In this document: positions 49,743 to 61,086 of the stretch, piece by piece
How the letters are laid out: each line of letters starts with the position of its first letter
Position numbering within the stretch: position 1 is the stretch's first letter
Virus record (IMG/VR): IMGVR_UViG_3300005663_000003
Location: 1 to 64,000 of that record
DNA length: 64,000 bases
Source of the DNA: a virus
Direction: 5' to 3' (one strand)
Notes under the pieces: generated by a model
Database searches by the model: none
The model's input: only the letters and a program-made list of their open reading frames with translations
Told to the model about the DNA's origin: nothing
Program-made: the position numbers and the translations under genes

Positions 49743-50288
49743 ATGCTCACCGCCTACCAAGACGCGCCGGACATCGAGGAGGTCATCTACGGTCGCGACT
49801 GCGACGACATCGGCGGCCTCGCTACGGTCGAGCTGATCCGCGACACCCCACGCGGCCCCGAGGTCAGGACCCGTTACCAGGTCTGGGTGAAGAAGCGGCA
49901 CGCGGGCCACAACCTCATCGTGAACTCGGGGAAGGTCCAAATCTGGCGCCGAGTGATGGGGCTCCAGCCGGACATCTTCGACCAGTTCCGCATCGGAACC
50001 TCGGGCGCGGCGGCGGCCAGCGGTCAGACCAACGTGCTCAGCCCGGTCGCGGGTTCGATCCTCACCGCCGACAACCTCAGCGTCCTCGCGGGCACGCGGT
50101 CGGCTCAGTGGGACGTGAGCTATCCCAGCGGCGTCGCCTCGCTCAGCGCCGCGAACATCCGGGAGGTTTGCCTCCTGAACTCGAACACGTCGCCTGGCGG
50201 CAGTTGCATGATGCGCGCCCTGTTCGCGCCGCTCACGAAGACGGAAGCCGACAAGCTCCGCATCGTTTACCAAGCAAGAATTAACTGA
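49743..50288 (+). CDS. Tail-associated structural protein
   Basis: HNLIVNSGK..IGTSG..AASGQT..IREVCL pattern of phage tail-fibre-associated proteins. Confidence 0.7.
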   Translation: MLTAYQDAPDIEEVIYGRDCDDIGGLATVELIRDTPRGPEVRTRYQVWVKKRHAGHNLIVNSGKVQIWRRVMGLQPDIFDQFRIGTSGAAAASGQTNVLSPVAGSILTADNLSVLAGTRSAQWDVSYPSGVASLSAANIREVCLLNSNTSPGGSCMMRALFAPLTKTEADKLRIVYQARIN

Positions 50289-50833
50289 TGCCCGAAGCCA
50301 TCGAACAGTGGAGAAGCATCCCCGGATGGGAAGGTCGCTATGAGGTCAGTGACCTCGGGCGCGTGCGTTCCTTGTGGACTGGATGTAGGGGGGGCCGAAG
50401 ATTGCGGAAAGGCCCTATGTTGCTGAATGGCGAGCGCGTTCCAGACGGGTATATCCGCATCGATTTACGCGATATGGACAGACGCGAGCGTATCTTCGTC
50501 CATAGGCTTGTCCTGCTCGCCTTCGTCGGACCGTGCCCGGAAGGGATGGAGGGGTGTCATACGAACGACGTTGGCGAGGACAACCACCTGACGAATCTTC
50601 GATGGGGAACGCCTGCCGAAAACAGAGAGGACGCGAGACGAAACGGACGCATTCTCTATGGCGACAAGAATCCACGGGCAAGCGTTACAGATGAGCAGCG
50701 CAAGGAAGTCAAACGCCTAGCTGGGACGATGAGTCACAGGAGGATCGCGCAGGTTGTCGGGATGCCCTACTCTACTGTTGGTCACATCATCAGAGGAACC
50801 GACCGAAAGAAGAGTCCATGCCTGGCTGGTTAG
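50288..50833 (+). CDS. NUMOD4-HNH homing endonuclease
   Basis: EQWRSIPGWEGRYEVSDLGRVRS; VHRLVLLAFVGPCPEGMEGCH..DNHLTNLRW. Confidence 0.9.
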   Translation: MPEAIEQWRSIPGWEGRYEVSDLGRVRSLWTGCRGGRRLRKGPMLLNGERVPDGYIRIDLRDMDRRERIFVHRLVLLAFVGPCPEGMEGCHTNDVGEDNHLTNLRWGTPAENREDARRNGRILYGDKNPRASVTDEQRKEVKRLAGTMSHRRIAQVVGMPYSTVGHIIRGTDRKKSPCLAG

Positions 50834-51454
50834 ATGTTGCTTGGGGCAAGTTCCGAGGCGCGCAGCGCGCGTGCCACGAGTCCGAGCGCCTGACCAAGCC
50901 GCAGATGCGCGCGGCCTGGAAGGTCTGGGACCTCATGCGCAAGACCGAGGAAGCCGCGTTCTCTGGCGAGGAAGGCTGGGCCGACAAGCTCCACGCTCAG
51001 ACCGTGGAGCTTGCCTCGTCGATGGACCCCGACCTGCGCACGGGCCCACGAACCTTGGCGCTGTGGCTCGTCGAGAACCGCGACCGCCTCGCCCAATCCA
51101 TGCTCAGGACCGTCGGCGAGTCCGCCCACACGCGCGACTCTGTCAGCGCCAAACTCACCAGATAGAAGGAAGCGATCGATGCCCAACCCAGAAGACATGC
51201 ACGGAGCGGCTGACGGATTCGGCGGCAGCGACTTCGAGGAACCCGAGGCTGAGCGCCTCGCGGCAGCGGCAGCGGAGCCCGAGCCCGAACCGGCACCCGA
51301 GCCCCCGGCGCCTCCCCCGGTCCCGGTCGTGACACACACGGCGAAGGGTCCGGTCCCGGTGGTGAAGCGGGCCCCCAAGCCCGGCATGGTGGACGCCCGG
51401 GTGTTGAAGCGCCCGAACCGGATGGTGCGGATGGTCAAGCCGAGGAAGTGACCC

Positions 51455-52486
51455 ATGGGCGGCGGAAACGTTCTCGGCCTTCAGAGCCTGCAAAGCGTCT
51501 ACGAACGTAGCGGGACGGCTCCGCACATCCTCAACACGGTAGCGAACGGCGGCTTCTCCGTTCAGCAAGACCTGGCCGCAGCGGTCGCCGACATCGCCCA
51601 ATACCGCGACGCGCTTGGCGTCATTCAGCATTCGTGGCAGGAAGACTCCCTGCTGATGGGCCCGGCGGTCACCGACATCTTCGCGGCATCGCTTGTGGGT
51701 GTGAACCTCACCCCGGCCCTCTTCCCGACTCGGCCCACCGTCAACTTCGGCCTGGACGTGCTGCGGCTCATCCCCACGTCGCGAACTTTCACATCGGCGG
51801 TCAATAAAATCCAATTCGGAAACGGAGCGGTGTTCACGCTCGACTTCCCAAGCGCGACCGCTGCGGCTGCGTTGCTCGTCAATCCCACCATCATCTACCA
51901 GCAGGACGGCGGCGGCTTCGGGAGCGGCCTGGTCGTCAACCACTCGGCGATCTATGAGGGTGGGCCCGCTGGGTCCACGCGCTTCATCGGTCCCATCTTC
52001 ACCTTCGTCCACCAGCCGACATTCAGGGCGAACGGCGCGGGGTCGACGGTCAACCATTCGCAGGGTCGTGACTTCCTCTCGCAGCCGATCCACAGAGTAG
52101 ACGGCGGCGCGACGGCCTACAACATGACGGGCATCTGGACCCAGCTCTTTTGCTCGGGACAGGTGCGAACCGGCGCAACGATGACCTTTCGCCGGATCAT
52201 CTTTTGCGGCGCGCTCGCCAACGCCACCGGCATCATCACCGACACCACGGCGATTCTCATCGACGACCTCACCCCCGAGACGACGAACCCGGCTATGGGG
52301 ATCGAGAACAACATCGGCAGTCCCGGAATTCAATACGAAGGAGCGTCCGGGCTCTGGGGTATCTTTGCGGCTACGCCCGTCGGTCAGCAGACCGTGGTCG
52401 GAAGTCGAGGAGGTAACGCCGCGCTGGCTTCTTTCCTCACGGCGATGGAGAACCTCGGCTGGATCATCGACAGCACGGTCGTCTAG
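51455..52486 (+). CDS. Fibre/spike-like protein
   Basis: C-terminal VVGSRGGNAALASFLTAMENLGWIIDST, a motif recurrent at phage fibre termini. Confidence 0.7.
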   Translation: MGGGNVLGLQSLQSVYERSGTAPHILNTVANGGFSVQQDLAAAVADIAQYRDALGVIQHSWQEDSLLMGPAVTDIFAASLVGVNLTPALFPTRPTVNFGLDVLRLIPTSRTFTSAVNKIQFGNGAVFTLDFPSATAAAALLVNPTIIYQQDGGGFGSGLVVNHSAIYEGGPAGSTRFIGPIFTFVHQPTFRANGAGSTVNHSQGRDFLSQPIHRVDGGATAYNMTGIWTQLFCSGQVRTGATMTFRRIIFCGALANATGIITDTTAILIDDLTPETTNPAMGIENNIGSPGIQYEGASGLWGIFAATPVGQQTVVGSRGGNAALASFLTAMENLGWIIDSTVV

Positions 52487-52496
52487 AAAGAACAGC

Positions 52497-53305
52497 ATGC
52501 CCATCCTTCTCACGACGTCAGTAACCTACCCCGCCGCACACGGCAAACCGGCCGAGGTCTACAGCGAACTCAAGGCCCACGAATTGAGGGGCAGAATCCA
52601 CGCGCGGAAGCTGGAGATCCAGGTCCAATACGGGAACACGGTGGATGGCAAGTGGCTCGGTGGGAAGCTACCCATCGCGCACTACCTCCTCGAAAACGTA
52701 GCGCCAGAGGAGGACCCACAGGGCAACATCATCACGCCAGCCGATCCGCGATACGACGTCTTCATGGCGACGACCTTCGGCCCTTCGGCGGTCGACATCA
52801 TCAACCGAATCATCGCGGGCACGTTGGCCCCGACCGACGCCCTCGCCGAACTCGACCAGCTCTACCTGGAAAACGGAGAGGCCATCTATAGCTGGCTTCA
52901 GTTGCAGGAGCCCAGCTACGCAGGAACCATCCAATGACCGACACCCCGCCGACTCCACCGACCCCGACCCCGCCGACGCCGATGCCGATGCCGATGCCTG
53001 ATCCCTTGCCCAAGACTATCGCGGTTCCTTTTGGGCTCGTCCTGGAGGTCGCCCAATACCTGGAGGCGACTCCGACAGCTCGCGACGTTCCGCCTAGCAC
53101 ACCGGTCGGCATGGCGCTACAGCTCAGCCAGCACGCCGAGGCGGCGATACAGAGACACAAGGCGGTCCAGGGGAAGAAGCTCAAGGAAGAGATGGAACGC
53201 CTAGCGGACGAGAAGAAGAACAGCGGCCACGTTCCACGAAAGCCGATGGACGAGTTGATGGCCGAGGCCAAATCAGCGCGAGCAAGTCCCACGCCGAAGG
53301 AATAG
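52497..53305 (+). other. Two hypothetical ORFs (52497-52937, 52934-53305), possibly fibre chaperones
   Basis: Position after the fibre gene; ATGA coupling. Confidence 0.55.
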
Positions 53306-53312
53306 TCATCGA

Positions 53313-54527
53313 GTGAGCGGCCAAGGAACAGTAGGAAGTGGATACGTCGTCACGTTCGGGGTCATCAACCCGAACGGCACGCCGCGAACTGGCTTGGTTG
53401 CTGGCGACTTTACTGTGCGGGTCGAGAACCCACAGAACACCTTCAGCACAGCGCCCGCTGTCTCCGAGGTTGGCGGCGGACAATACCGCTTCACCCTCCC
53501 CGGAGCCTTCACCACGACTCATGGAGCGGGTGAGTATGGCTGGTCGGTCGAGCTGACGAATCCCCCCGTGGATCTAATCTCGAACTGGGTAACCTTCTTC
53601 CTTCGGGATCCTGACGACCTCGAAACCGAAACGAGCGCGGCGGCCAGGGCAGTCACCAACCAGGCCGAGCACGATCAAACACAGGCCGATGTCGCTCTCG
53701 TGGAAACCGAAGCCGCAGCCGCAGCCCGGGAGGTCACGAACACGGCCGAACACGCTCAAACGCAGCTTGACATCGCGAACCTGAACGACCCGGACGTGGC
53801 CGCCATCGCCGATGGAGTCTGGGACGAGGCCCGCGCCGGGCACGTCGCGGCAGGTAGTTTCGGCGAGGCCCTCGATGCCCGCGTCTCCCTCGTCGAAACC
53901 GAAGCGGCTGCCGCCGCGCGAGAGATCACGAACACCGCCGAGCACGACCAGACGCAAACCGACATCGCAAACCTGAACGATCTTGATGCGGCCGAGGTCG
54001 CCGCAGCGGTGATAGTTGCGCTCACGGTCCAGGGTTACACCGCAGCTCGGGCGCTCCTCCTCGACAACCTCGACGCGGCCATCTCGACGCGAGCCGTTCC
54101 AGGCGACCTCATGGGTCTAGTGGCCGGGGCCATCACGGCGGCGAAGATCGCGGCGGACGCGTTCACCGCCTCGCAATTCGACGCGTCGATGCAGAGCTAC
54201 CAGGCGAAGGTCTGGAACTTCGACGACGACCTGGCGGGCACCCCGACCGATCGCTACGGCGTGGCCTTCTTCAAGAACGGGAACTTCATCACGGCGGGCA
54301 TCGGGGCGCCTTCAATCCGGGTGCTTCGCAACGTCGATGGCGTTGACCTCATTCCGACCATCGCCCTGGTCGCCGTCCCTGGCTTCCCCGGCCTCTTCTT
54401 CTTCGAGGAGACGAGCGGCCCACGGCGCATGGTCGACGGGCGGAGCTACTTCGCCGTGGTCACCGCGACCATCGACGCCGCGACGCGCACGTGGCCGCAG
54501 CAGATCGGGCGCGACAACACGCCATGA
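53313..54527 (+). CDS. Virion protein with three ETEAAAAARE.TN.AEH.QTQ.D repeats
   Basis: Ig-like termini; AIADGVWDE and LDAAISTRA motifs. Confidence 0.7.
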   Translation: MSGQGTVGSGYVVTFGVINPNGTPRTGLVAGDFTVRVENPQNTFSTAPAVSEVGGGQYRFTLPGAFTTTHGAGEYGWSVELTNPPVDLISNWVTFFLRDPDDLETETSAAARAVTNQAEHDQTQADVALVETEAAAAAREVTNTAEHAQTQLDIANLNDPDVAAIADGVWDEARAGHVAAGSFGEALDARVSLVETEAAAAAREITNTAEHDQTQTDIANLNDLDAAEVAAAVIVALTVQGYTAARALLLDNLDAAISTRAVPGDLMGLVAGAITAAKIAADAFTASQFDASMQSYQAKVWNFDDDLAGTPTDRYGVAFFKNGNFITAGIGAPSIRVLRNVDGVDLIPTIALVAVPGFPGLFFFEETSGPRRMVDGRSYFAVVTATIDAATRTWPQQIGRDNTP

Positions 54528-54790
54528 CGAACCGCGTTTTTCGTTTTGCCTTCGCGCTGTTCGATACGGAGCCCTGGCTTCAGCTCGGGCAGGCGCCCCC
54601 GCCCCCGGTGGTCCCCGGCCCCACCCAGCTTGACGTCAACCAGCGTGGCCTGGGGAACCGGCTCAGCGTCTTCCCTTCTCGCAACGCCCTGACAGTCGCG
54701 ACCGCGCTGAGGGGTAACCGGCTGAGCGTCTTCCCCTCGCGCAACACGCTCGACGCGGTGGACACGCGGAACATCTTGGACACGGAGTAG
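54524..54790 (+). CDS. Small protein with a tandem 20-aa repeat
   Basis: GNRLSVFPSRN occurs twice. Confidence 0.6.
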   Translation: MTNRVFRFAFALFDTEPWLQLGQAPPPPVVPGPTQLDVNQRGLGNRLSVFPSRNALTVATALRGNRLSVFPSRNTLDAVDTRNILDTE

Positions 54791-54793
54791 ACG

Positions 54794-55150
54794 ATGGCCC
54801 AGCCCCCGACACGCTTGAAGCGAGGCGACCGCAGCCCGATCTTCGACTCCGTGATGCGCGACCGCGACGGCAACCCCATCAGCCTCCTCGGCGCCACCGC
54901 TCGCTTCCTCATGCGCGACGCGACCGACCGTAGCAACGTGGTCATCGTTGCGCCCGCCACGATCGTCAACCCGCTCGCCGTTGCGCCCGACCCAGACCTG
55001 GGCCGCATCACCTACTCGTGGAGCGCGACGGACACCGTCACCCCCGGTAAGTTCGAAGCCGAGGTGGAGGTCACGTTCGCGGGCGGGATCGTCGAGACGT
55101 TCCCGAACGTCGGCTACCACGACGTCATCATCGAGCAGGACATCGCCTAG
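54794..55150 (+). CDS. BppU N-terminal-like baseplate protein
   Basis: LKRGDRSP..DGNPISLLGATARFLM..GRITYSW..DT..PGKFEAEVEVTFAGG.VETFP. Confidence 0.8.
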   Translation: MAQPPTRLKRGDRSPIFDSVMRDRDGNPISLLGATARFLMRDATDRSNVVIVAPATIVNPLAVAPDPDLGRITYSWSATDTVTPGKFEAEVEVTFAGGIVETFPNVGYHDVIIEQDIA

Positions 55151-55638
55151 ACCTCGGGGTAGAAAACCTCGCGCGCCCAGCCCCCTCCCTTCTTCTCGGT
55201 GACCGCGATGAAGCGGAAGGGGAACAGCCCGGCGGCGGTCTTGATCTTCACCCGCGCATCATCCTCCCAGAATCCCTTGACCTCGTGGACCTCGATGAGT
55301 CCGTCGGGGAGGATCACGAGGAAGTCAGGCGTGTAGCCGGTGAGCCAGTTCGGCCCAAGCCGCAGCTTGATGCACTCGAACCTGTAGTCCGCGATGACGC
55401 CGACGTGTTTGAGCATGTCTAGTTGGCGTTCGTAGCGGGCCTCCAGCTTGTTCATCGGCGGCCCGGCTTCGAGAGTCAGGCGCGTCGCCTTCGCCTCGGC
55501 GCACAGCTCGCGCGACGGTAGCTGCGCCTCGGGCTGCTCGCGTTCGAACTCGGCGAGGTCGACTCCCATCTGCTTGAGCTGGGCACGGGTGAACCCGTTG
55601 CCGCCTCCTCCTCGCCTCTGCCGTCGCTTCCTCGCCAT
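55147..55638 (-). CDS. PD-(D/E)xK nuclease (DUF1064-like)
   Basis: MNKLEARY..YTPDFLV..HEVKGFW; AGGAG RBS before the ATG at 55638. The only credible minus-strand gene seen. Confidence 0.82.
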   Translation of the reverse strand: MARKRRQRRGGGGNGFTRAQLKQMGVDLAEFEREQPEAQLPSRELCAEAKATRLTLEAGPPMNKLEARYERQLDMLKHVGVIADYRFECIKLRLGPNWLTGYTPDFLVILPDGLIEVHEVKGFWEDDARVKIKTAAGLFPFRFIAVTEKKGGGWAREVFYPEV

Positions 55639-55708
55639 CGTTCGCTCCTGACCCCAGGCTACCTCGCGGGAAAGACAAGCCGCAAGCCCGAGCACTTGCA
55701 GGGTTTAT

Positions 55709-55764
55709 AACTTTCTGAACTTTCTGTTTGACAGTGACGCGGGGAGTTGTATAATGAGGGCATG
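55709..55764 (+). promoter_or_regulatory. Promoter cassette copy 2
   Basis: AACTTTCTGAACTTTCTGT-TTGACA-16 nt-TATAAT-6 nt-ATG. Confidence 0.9.
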
Positions 55765-56801
55765 AACAACACGGAGCACACGACCATGACCGACCTCGCC
55801 ACCCTGCCCATGACCACCCTTGACACCATCTGCCGCGAACTCTACGCGGACATCTACTCGCTTGAGGTCGTCGCCTCCCGCAACAGCGGCGCGAGGTCCC
55901 CCTACGATGTTCGCTTCATCCGCACCCGCGCCGCACGGCGCCTCATCAAGTCGATCCGCCGCACCCTTCGCGGCAGGCTGACGACCGCCGCCAACGCTCG
56001 CCCCACCGGGGAGCGCTGGTAGCCGTGAGCGACCTCCGAGGAGCCGAGCTGCTCCGAGCCTTCCGCGCGGGTGACACCGAGGCGGGCCTGGCCTGGCTCA
56101 ACCACGCCGAGCGTGAGGACGACCTGGTCGGCACGATCATCGAGTGGCAAGAGCAGGGCTGTGGCGGGGGACCCTCACCGATGCCGAAGCGCAAACGCGT
56201 CCAGCGGTGGGGCCCCTACATGGGAGTCGAGTGCCCGGGGTGCGACCGCATCGTCGAGGTCGGCGCCGAGGATGGCCCCGTCATGCGAGCGTGGCGCGGC
56301 GGCGAGAGGTTCCCCCACTGTGGCGCCGTTGTTCTCCCGGCCTACGACCGGGCTCATCACTTCGCCCCCTTCATCTGCGTCGAGGGCGAGACGGGACCGA
56401 TGGAGTTGAGCGAGTTCCTCGAATGGATGGGCGACGACCTCACCGCCATCGACACGAACGCCGAGCAGATCCAACGGACCCGCGACAACCAGGCCGAATG
56501 GGAAGAGGCGCGGGCTCTGCGGAAGGCGAACACTGAGGAGCACAAGGCGAGACGCGCAGAACGCGCCGCGAAGGACAGGGCGGGCCGCGCCATGGATGGA
56601 CAGCTCGCCGCGTCCCTCGTCCTCGACGAGTTCATCGCCGCGCACAATGGGCCGATGTGGCCGAAGGACGTGGACCGGCTGCGACGCTTGGAGGCGGCAC
56701 ACTACGACGCGACCGAGCGGCACCGCCGCGCACACGACGGCTGGAAGGAAGCGCACGCGGCTGCGGACAAGGCAGCTAAGGCCCTGGCGGAGCTGGAGTA
56801 A
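55762..56801 (+). other. Cassette 2 cargo: hypothetical ORFs 55762-56022 and 56025-56801
   Basis: Open frames directly after the promoter. Confidence 0.65.
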
Positions 56802-56810
56802 TGGAGCCTC

Positions 56811-56870
56811 AGAAACTTTCTGAACTTTCTGTTTGACAGGACGCCCCGGAGTTGTAGACTAGGGGGCATG
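56811..56870 (+). promoter_or_regulatory. Promoter cassette copy 3
   Basis: AGAAACTTTCTGAACTTTCTGT-TTGACA-16 nt-TAGACT-7 nt-ATG. Confidence 0.9.
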
Positions 56871-59232
56871 AGCAACCCCGAAAGGAACGACATGAACACG
56901 ACCAAGAACGACGACCGCCGCACCGCCCGCCGCCGCAAGCTGACCCTCTCGATTCTGGGCCAGGAAGCGGACCGCTCCAGAACGAACAAGCCCGAGCTGG
57001 TCGACGCGGCTGCCCGCCTCTACTCGCTGGCGAGCCCCGAGGCCATCGCCATCGTCCAGGCGCAGCTCGCCGTTGACGGCGTGTCGGCCCTGCTCGACCT
57101 CGCCGAGTTCGTCTCCTTCGCTTCCGACAGCGTCGAGCAGATGGCGCTGAGCTACAAGGGCCTTGGCGACAGCACCGGACTCCCGCACGGCCCCGAGCGT
57201 CAGCGGTTCGTGAACCTGTCGGGCAAGCGCACCCACCGCAAGGTCACCTGGAAGACCATCGCCGTGGCTCTCCACGCCGCGATCAAGGCCGAGCGGATCG
57301 CCGCGAGCGAGGCCGAGCACGCCGAGCGCCTCGCCGCTGAGGAAGCTGCCGCTGCTGAGGAAACTGCCGAGGTCATCGGGAGCTTCCCCGCGACCCACGA
57401 GGGAGTGAAGGCCGCCGCGAAGGAGATCGCCAAGCGGATCGGCGAGCGTCGCCGCGCCAAGGCCGACGGTGGCAAGCTCACCGTAGTCGGCGGCGATCCC
57501 AAGGACCATCAGACCGGCCCCGTTCCCAGCCGCATCAAGTCGATCGAGGTCAGCCAGGGCGAGGGCGTCGCGCCCCTGCTCCACGCCACGGTCAACAGCT
57601 TCCACGCGGCGAACGCGTTGCTCCGTCTGATCGCCGACCGCCACACCGGCCCCGGTTACCGCAAGGTCGACCTGGACATCACCTGGGAGAACGGCGAGAC
57701 GATCCGCACCCGTCACGATGTCTACAGCTCGCCCGACGTTCGGAACGAGAAGGAGCACAGCCTCAACGCCGCGAAGCACGCCCGCGCCGTGCTCCGCTTC
57801 TTCGTGGACAAGTATGAGACCGCGAGCGCCCAGGCGATCCTCGACGGCTGCGACCTCGGGAAGGAGTAGGCCATGAACGAAACCGAAGACCGCTGGGCCT
57901 GGCTCGTCCGAATCGAGGGCGACCTGCTCCAGCTCACGACGGAGGCGGGGGTCGAGGACAAGATGGCACAGGCCATCCTCGACGACCCCGAGGGCTGGGG
58001 CTTCGACGACATCCCCGAGGAGGACCGCGCCTCCTCCTATCTGATGGCCGACATGGTGATGGCCTGCGTCTACGGCGACTTGATGCACCTGGCCGAGCAG
58101 CACGAATACCCCTGGGCACGGAAGACGCTGGAGCAAGCGGCGGGCGACTGGCTCGACACCAGAACCGCGAAGCTGTCCGAGCTGAGGAAGAAGGACCAAC
58201 GATGAGGCGGCGAGCCTACAGCGGCAAGCAGGTCGCGTGCTCAGACTGTGGCGCACGCGGCCCAGCCGAGGAGGCGGGCGATGGACCCGAGCCGCTCTGT
58301 CCAGGTTGCTCCGATCCCGTCGGACTGGTCCACGAACAGGACAGCCGGATGCCGATGCCAGGAGACGACCGATGACCGACGAGCGCGTGGAGCACCTCAA
58401 GATACACGACCTCGGCGGCGGCTTCAGTGCCGAGACCTGGCTGGCTCGCTCTGGCCGCTGGGCCTTCGGCCTGGTCCGGCAGGCTGAGCGCCTCATCCCG
58501 TGCGGCGCTGGTGTCCTCATTCAGCACCGCGCCTCAGTCAGCGCTTGGGGCTACCAGTCCCGGGGGGCCGCACTGGAGGTCGCTGAGCGAGTCGCCCTGG
58601 CCCTCGACCCTACCCGCCTCACCGAGGCGCCAGCGGGCCCTGAGGAGCCTGCCGGGGACCCGGACGAACCCGCAAGGAGAGCCAAATGAGCGGATGCGAA
58701 TTCGTAGGCAAGAGCGATGGTGACCGTGGGCGGTGCGGGGCTGAGGCTGGGGGCTTCAATCCCAAGAGCAACGGTATGGACCTGCTCCCCTACTGCGTAG
58801 ATTGTGGCGCCAACTTCTGTGAACACCACCTGGCCCGCCATCGTTGCGGCGCGATGGTTCGAGCAGGGACTAAGCGCGGAGATGCGCCAGCTCGTTACAG
58901 GGAGGAAATGGATGACTGAGCGCGAACCCAACCTGCGCCCCGGTGGCCTCCCCCTCATCGAGGTCGGCGACCGCTGGCTGATCCGTCTGCGCGGGGCGAC
59001 CAAGCTGCTCCCGTGCAAGGTGCTCGACAAGCGAGCGCGCGGCTACTGGCGTGTAGCTCTCGAAGACGGACTGGGCCGCGTCGAGGTCCCGGCCACCTAC
59101 TTCGTCGACCAGCTCCCGCCGGTCGACCCCACCCCCGTCGAACGCGACATCATGGTCGAGCTAGTGAGGCTCCGGCGCGAGGTCGCGCGCCTGGCCCTCG
59201 CGGTGTCCGCCATGCAACCCCCTGAGGAATAA
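56868..59232 (+). other. Cassette 3 cargo: 56868-57869 (333 aa), 57873-58205, 58202-58375, 58372-58689, 58686-58919, 58912-59232
   Basis: Mostly coupled ORFs, several with CxxC motifs. Confidence 0.65.
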
Positions 59233-59248
59233 GGGTTAACGGCAGGCT

Positions 59249-59307
59249 AGAAACTTTCTGAACTTTGTGTTGGACGTGACCGATTACCGTGTATACTGAA
59301 TGGCATG
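59249..59307 (+). promoter_or_regulatory. Promoter cassette copy 4
   Basis: AGAAACTTTCTGAACTTTGTGTTGGAC...TATACT-7 nt-ATG. Confidence 0.85.
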
Positions 59308-60621
59308 AGCAGCACGGCGAACAACACCACCAAGGAGACCAACATGAACAACACCTGCCCCACCCACGGAAACACCCTCATCCTCTCCATGAGCGGCGGG
59401 GGCGTTTGCCTCTTCTGCAACCACAACAACTCGGTCCCCTCCCCCCAACTGGAGGCCCCACAACTCACCCCCAAGTCGGGGGTGTAGCCGTGAAGCGCCT
59501 TCCCCTGATCCTGTTCGCCGACGCGGCGACCGTCGCCCATTACCGTGACCGCCTCGACCGTGCCGCGACGCTGCTCCGGGTTCCTCCTCGTGGCCCCGTC
59601 TTCGAGGACGATGAGCCCGAGGGCGAGCCGCAGACGTGGAACGACTACGCCGAGTGCGTAGCGGATGGATACGCATGAGCGACCGAGATCAACGCTGCGC
59701 CCTGCGGGGCGCTGTCGGGCAACCGGCCTGCGCCCGCGCGCTCGTCGCTGCCGGGCGTGCGAAACTCGCGAAAGGGCTGCGCGTCGAGCTGTCCTACCCC
59801 TGCTTCGCGCGGGTGTTCGTAGTCTCGGCCTGCTACCCGCTGCGCGATGGCTCGGGCTGGTTCGTGCTGTTCGGCTCCGCTCTCGGCGTGCGCGTCGAGG
59901 ATCGCAGCATCCTCCGGGTCGTCGTATGAGCCTCCCGACCTGCGAGCGGTGTAAGGAGCGCCCGGCGACCGCCGTGACCCAGCACACCGCAGAGCTGCTC
60001 TGCGAGCCGTGCATCCGCGCGACGTGGAACGCGTGCGCCGGGTGCGGCCACCGCGCCAGCTACATCAAGCCAGGCGACGACTGCGCGAGTTGTGCCCGCG
60101 AGACGCGCGAGAGCAAGACCGAGGACCCCGACTACAACCGAGGACTGTGACCATGCGCCCAACTGAACGACAGCGGACCGACGAACACCTGCGCCTCGTC
60201 GCCGAGGCGGGGATGCACGAACGCCAGCGCGACCGGCTGAGAACTGAGGCGCTCAGGCACGACGCCACCGCCAAGCGCCAGCGTGCGAAGCTCGCCGAGA
60301 TGGAGAGCGCCCCCGAGAAGGCGGCTAGGCTCACGGGCGCGATCCTCAGGCCGCCGCGCAAGACGCTCGCGGGTGCGCCCCTCGACGTCGAGAGCATCAA
60401 CGTCTACACCCCCGGCTGTCCCGCCGTTGTCCGCATCTTCATTCAACTCACGTGTGGCAAGGTCGCCGCCCTGGACATCTCGGAGCTGGACGCCTTCAAG
60501 CTGGAACGTCGCCTGGCTTGGAAGCTCGACGAACTCGACCGCGACAAAGCCAGCGAATAAACTATCTGAGTGACGAGTGACAGTCCCCTATGTTAGACTC
60601 GTCCCAAGGAGACGGAAGCCC

Positions 60622-61056
60622 ATGACAGCCAAGACCAAGCGGCGCAAGAATGAGGGAACCCGAGGCCCCCGCAAGGGCCAGGGCGGACGACCTCGGCGAG
60701 TGATGAACGGCCAGCGCCGTAGCGTCCGGCTCGAATCGAGGGAGTGGCGCAAGCTGTTCCGCTACAGCAACGGCACCAGCTACACGTCGCGGGTTCGCGA
60801 CCTCGTCGAGCTGGCGAACAAGTCCACGAAGAAGGAGCGGGCCAAGCTCGCGACGAAGTGGAAGGAGATCATCGCCACCGACCGGCGCGGCACCATGGTC
60901 GAGCCCACCGACCAGAGCATCCTCCTTGACGCCGAGACGTGGGACACGCTCGCCGAGCTGCTCCCCCTCGGGAGCTGGGCGGACAAGCTGCGCCAAGCGA
61001 TGGAGCTGGCGAAGATCCAAACCACCAAGGCCAAGGAGAAGGCCAAGACCAAGTAG
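60622..61056 (+). CDS. Basic protein with two ribbon-helix-helix-like repeats
   Basis: RRSVRLESREWRKL and DQSILLDAETWDTL; AAGGAG RBS; extended -10 at 60591-60599. Confidence 0.55.
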   Translation: MTAKTKRRKNEGTRGPRKGQGGRPRRVMNGQRRSVRLESREWRKLFRYSNGTSYTSRVRDLVELANKSTKKERAKLATKWKEIIATDRRGTMVEPTDQSILLDAETWDTLAELLPLGSWADKLRQAMELAKIQTTKAKEKAKTK

Positions 61057-61086
61057 ACACACCCCAAACAAGGAGACACGACACGA

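Noticed and set aside
41906-54790. Diversity-generating retroelement or invertible tail-fibre cassette
   Set aside because: No reverse transcriptase or invertase seen; the internal repeats differ mainly at synonymous sites, not specifically at adenines.
55709-59307. CRISPR array or integron attC interpretation of the repeated motif
   Set aside because: Copies are 1-44 kb apart, non-palindromic and contain clear -35/-10 boxes; no cas or integrase gene is present.
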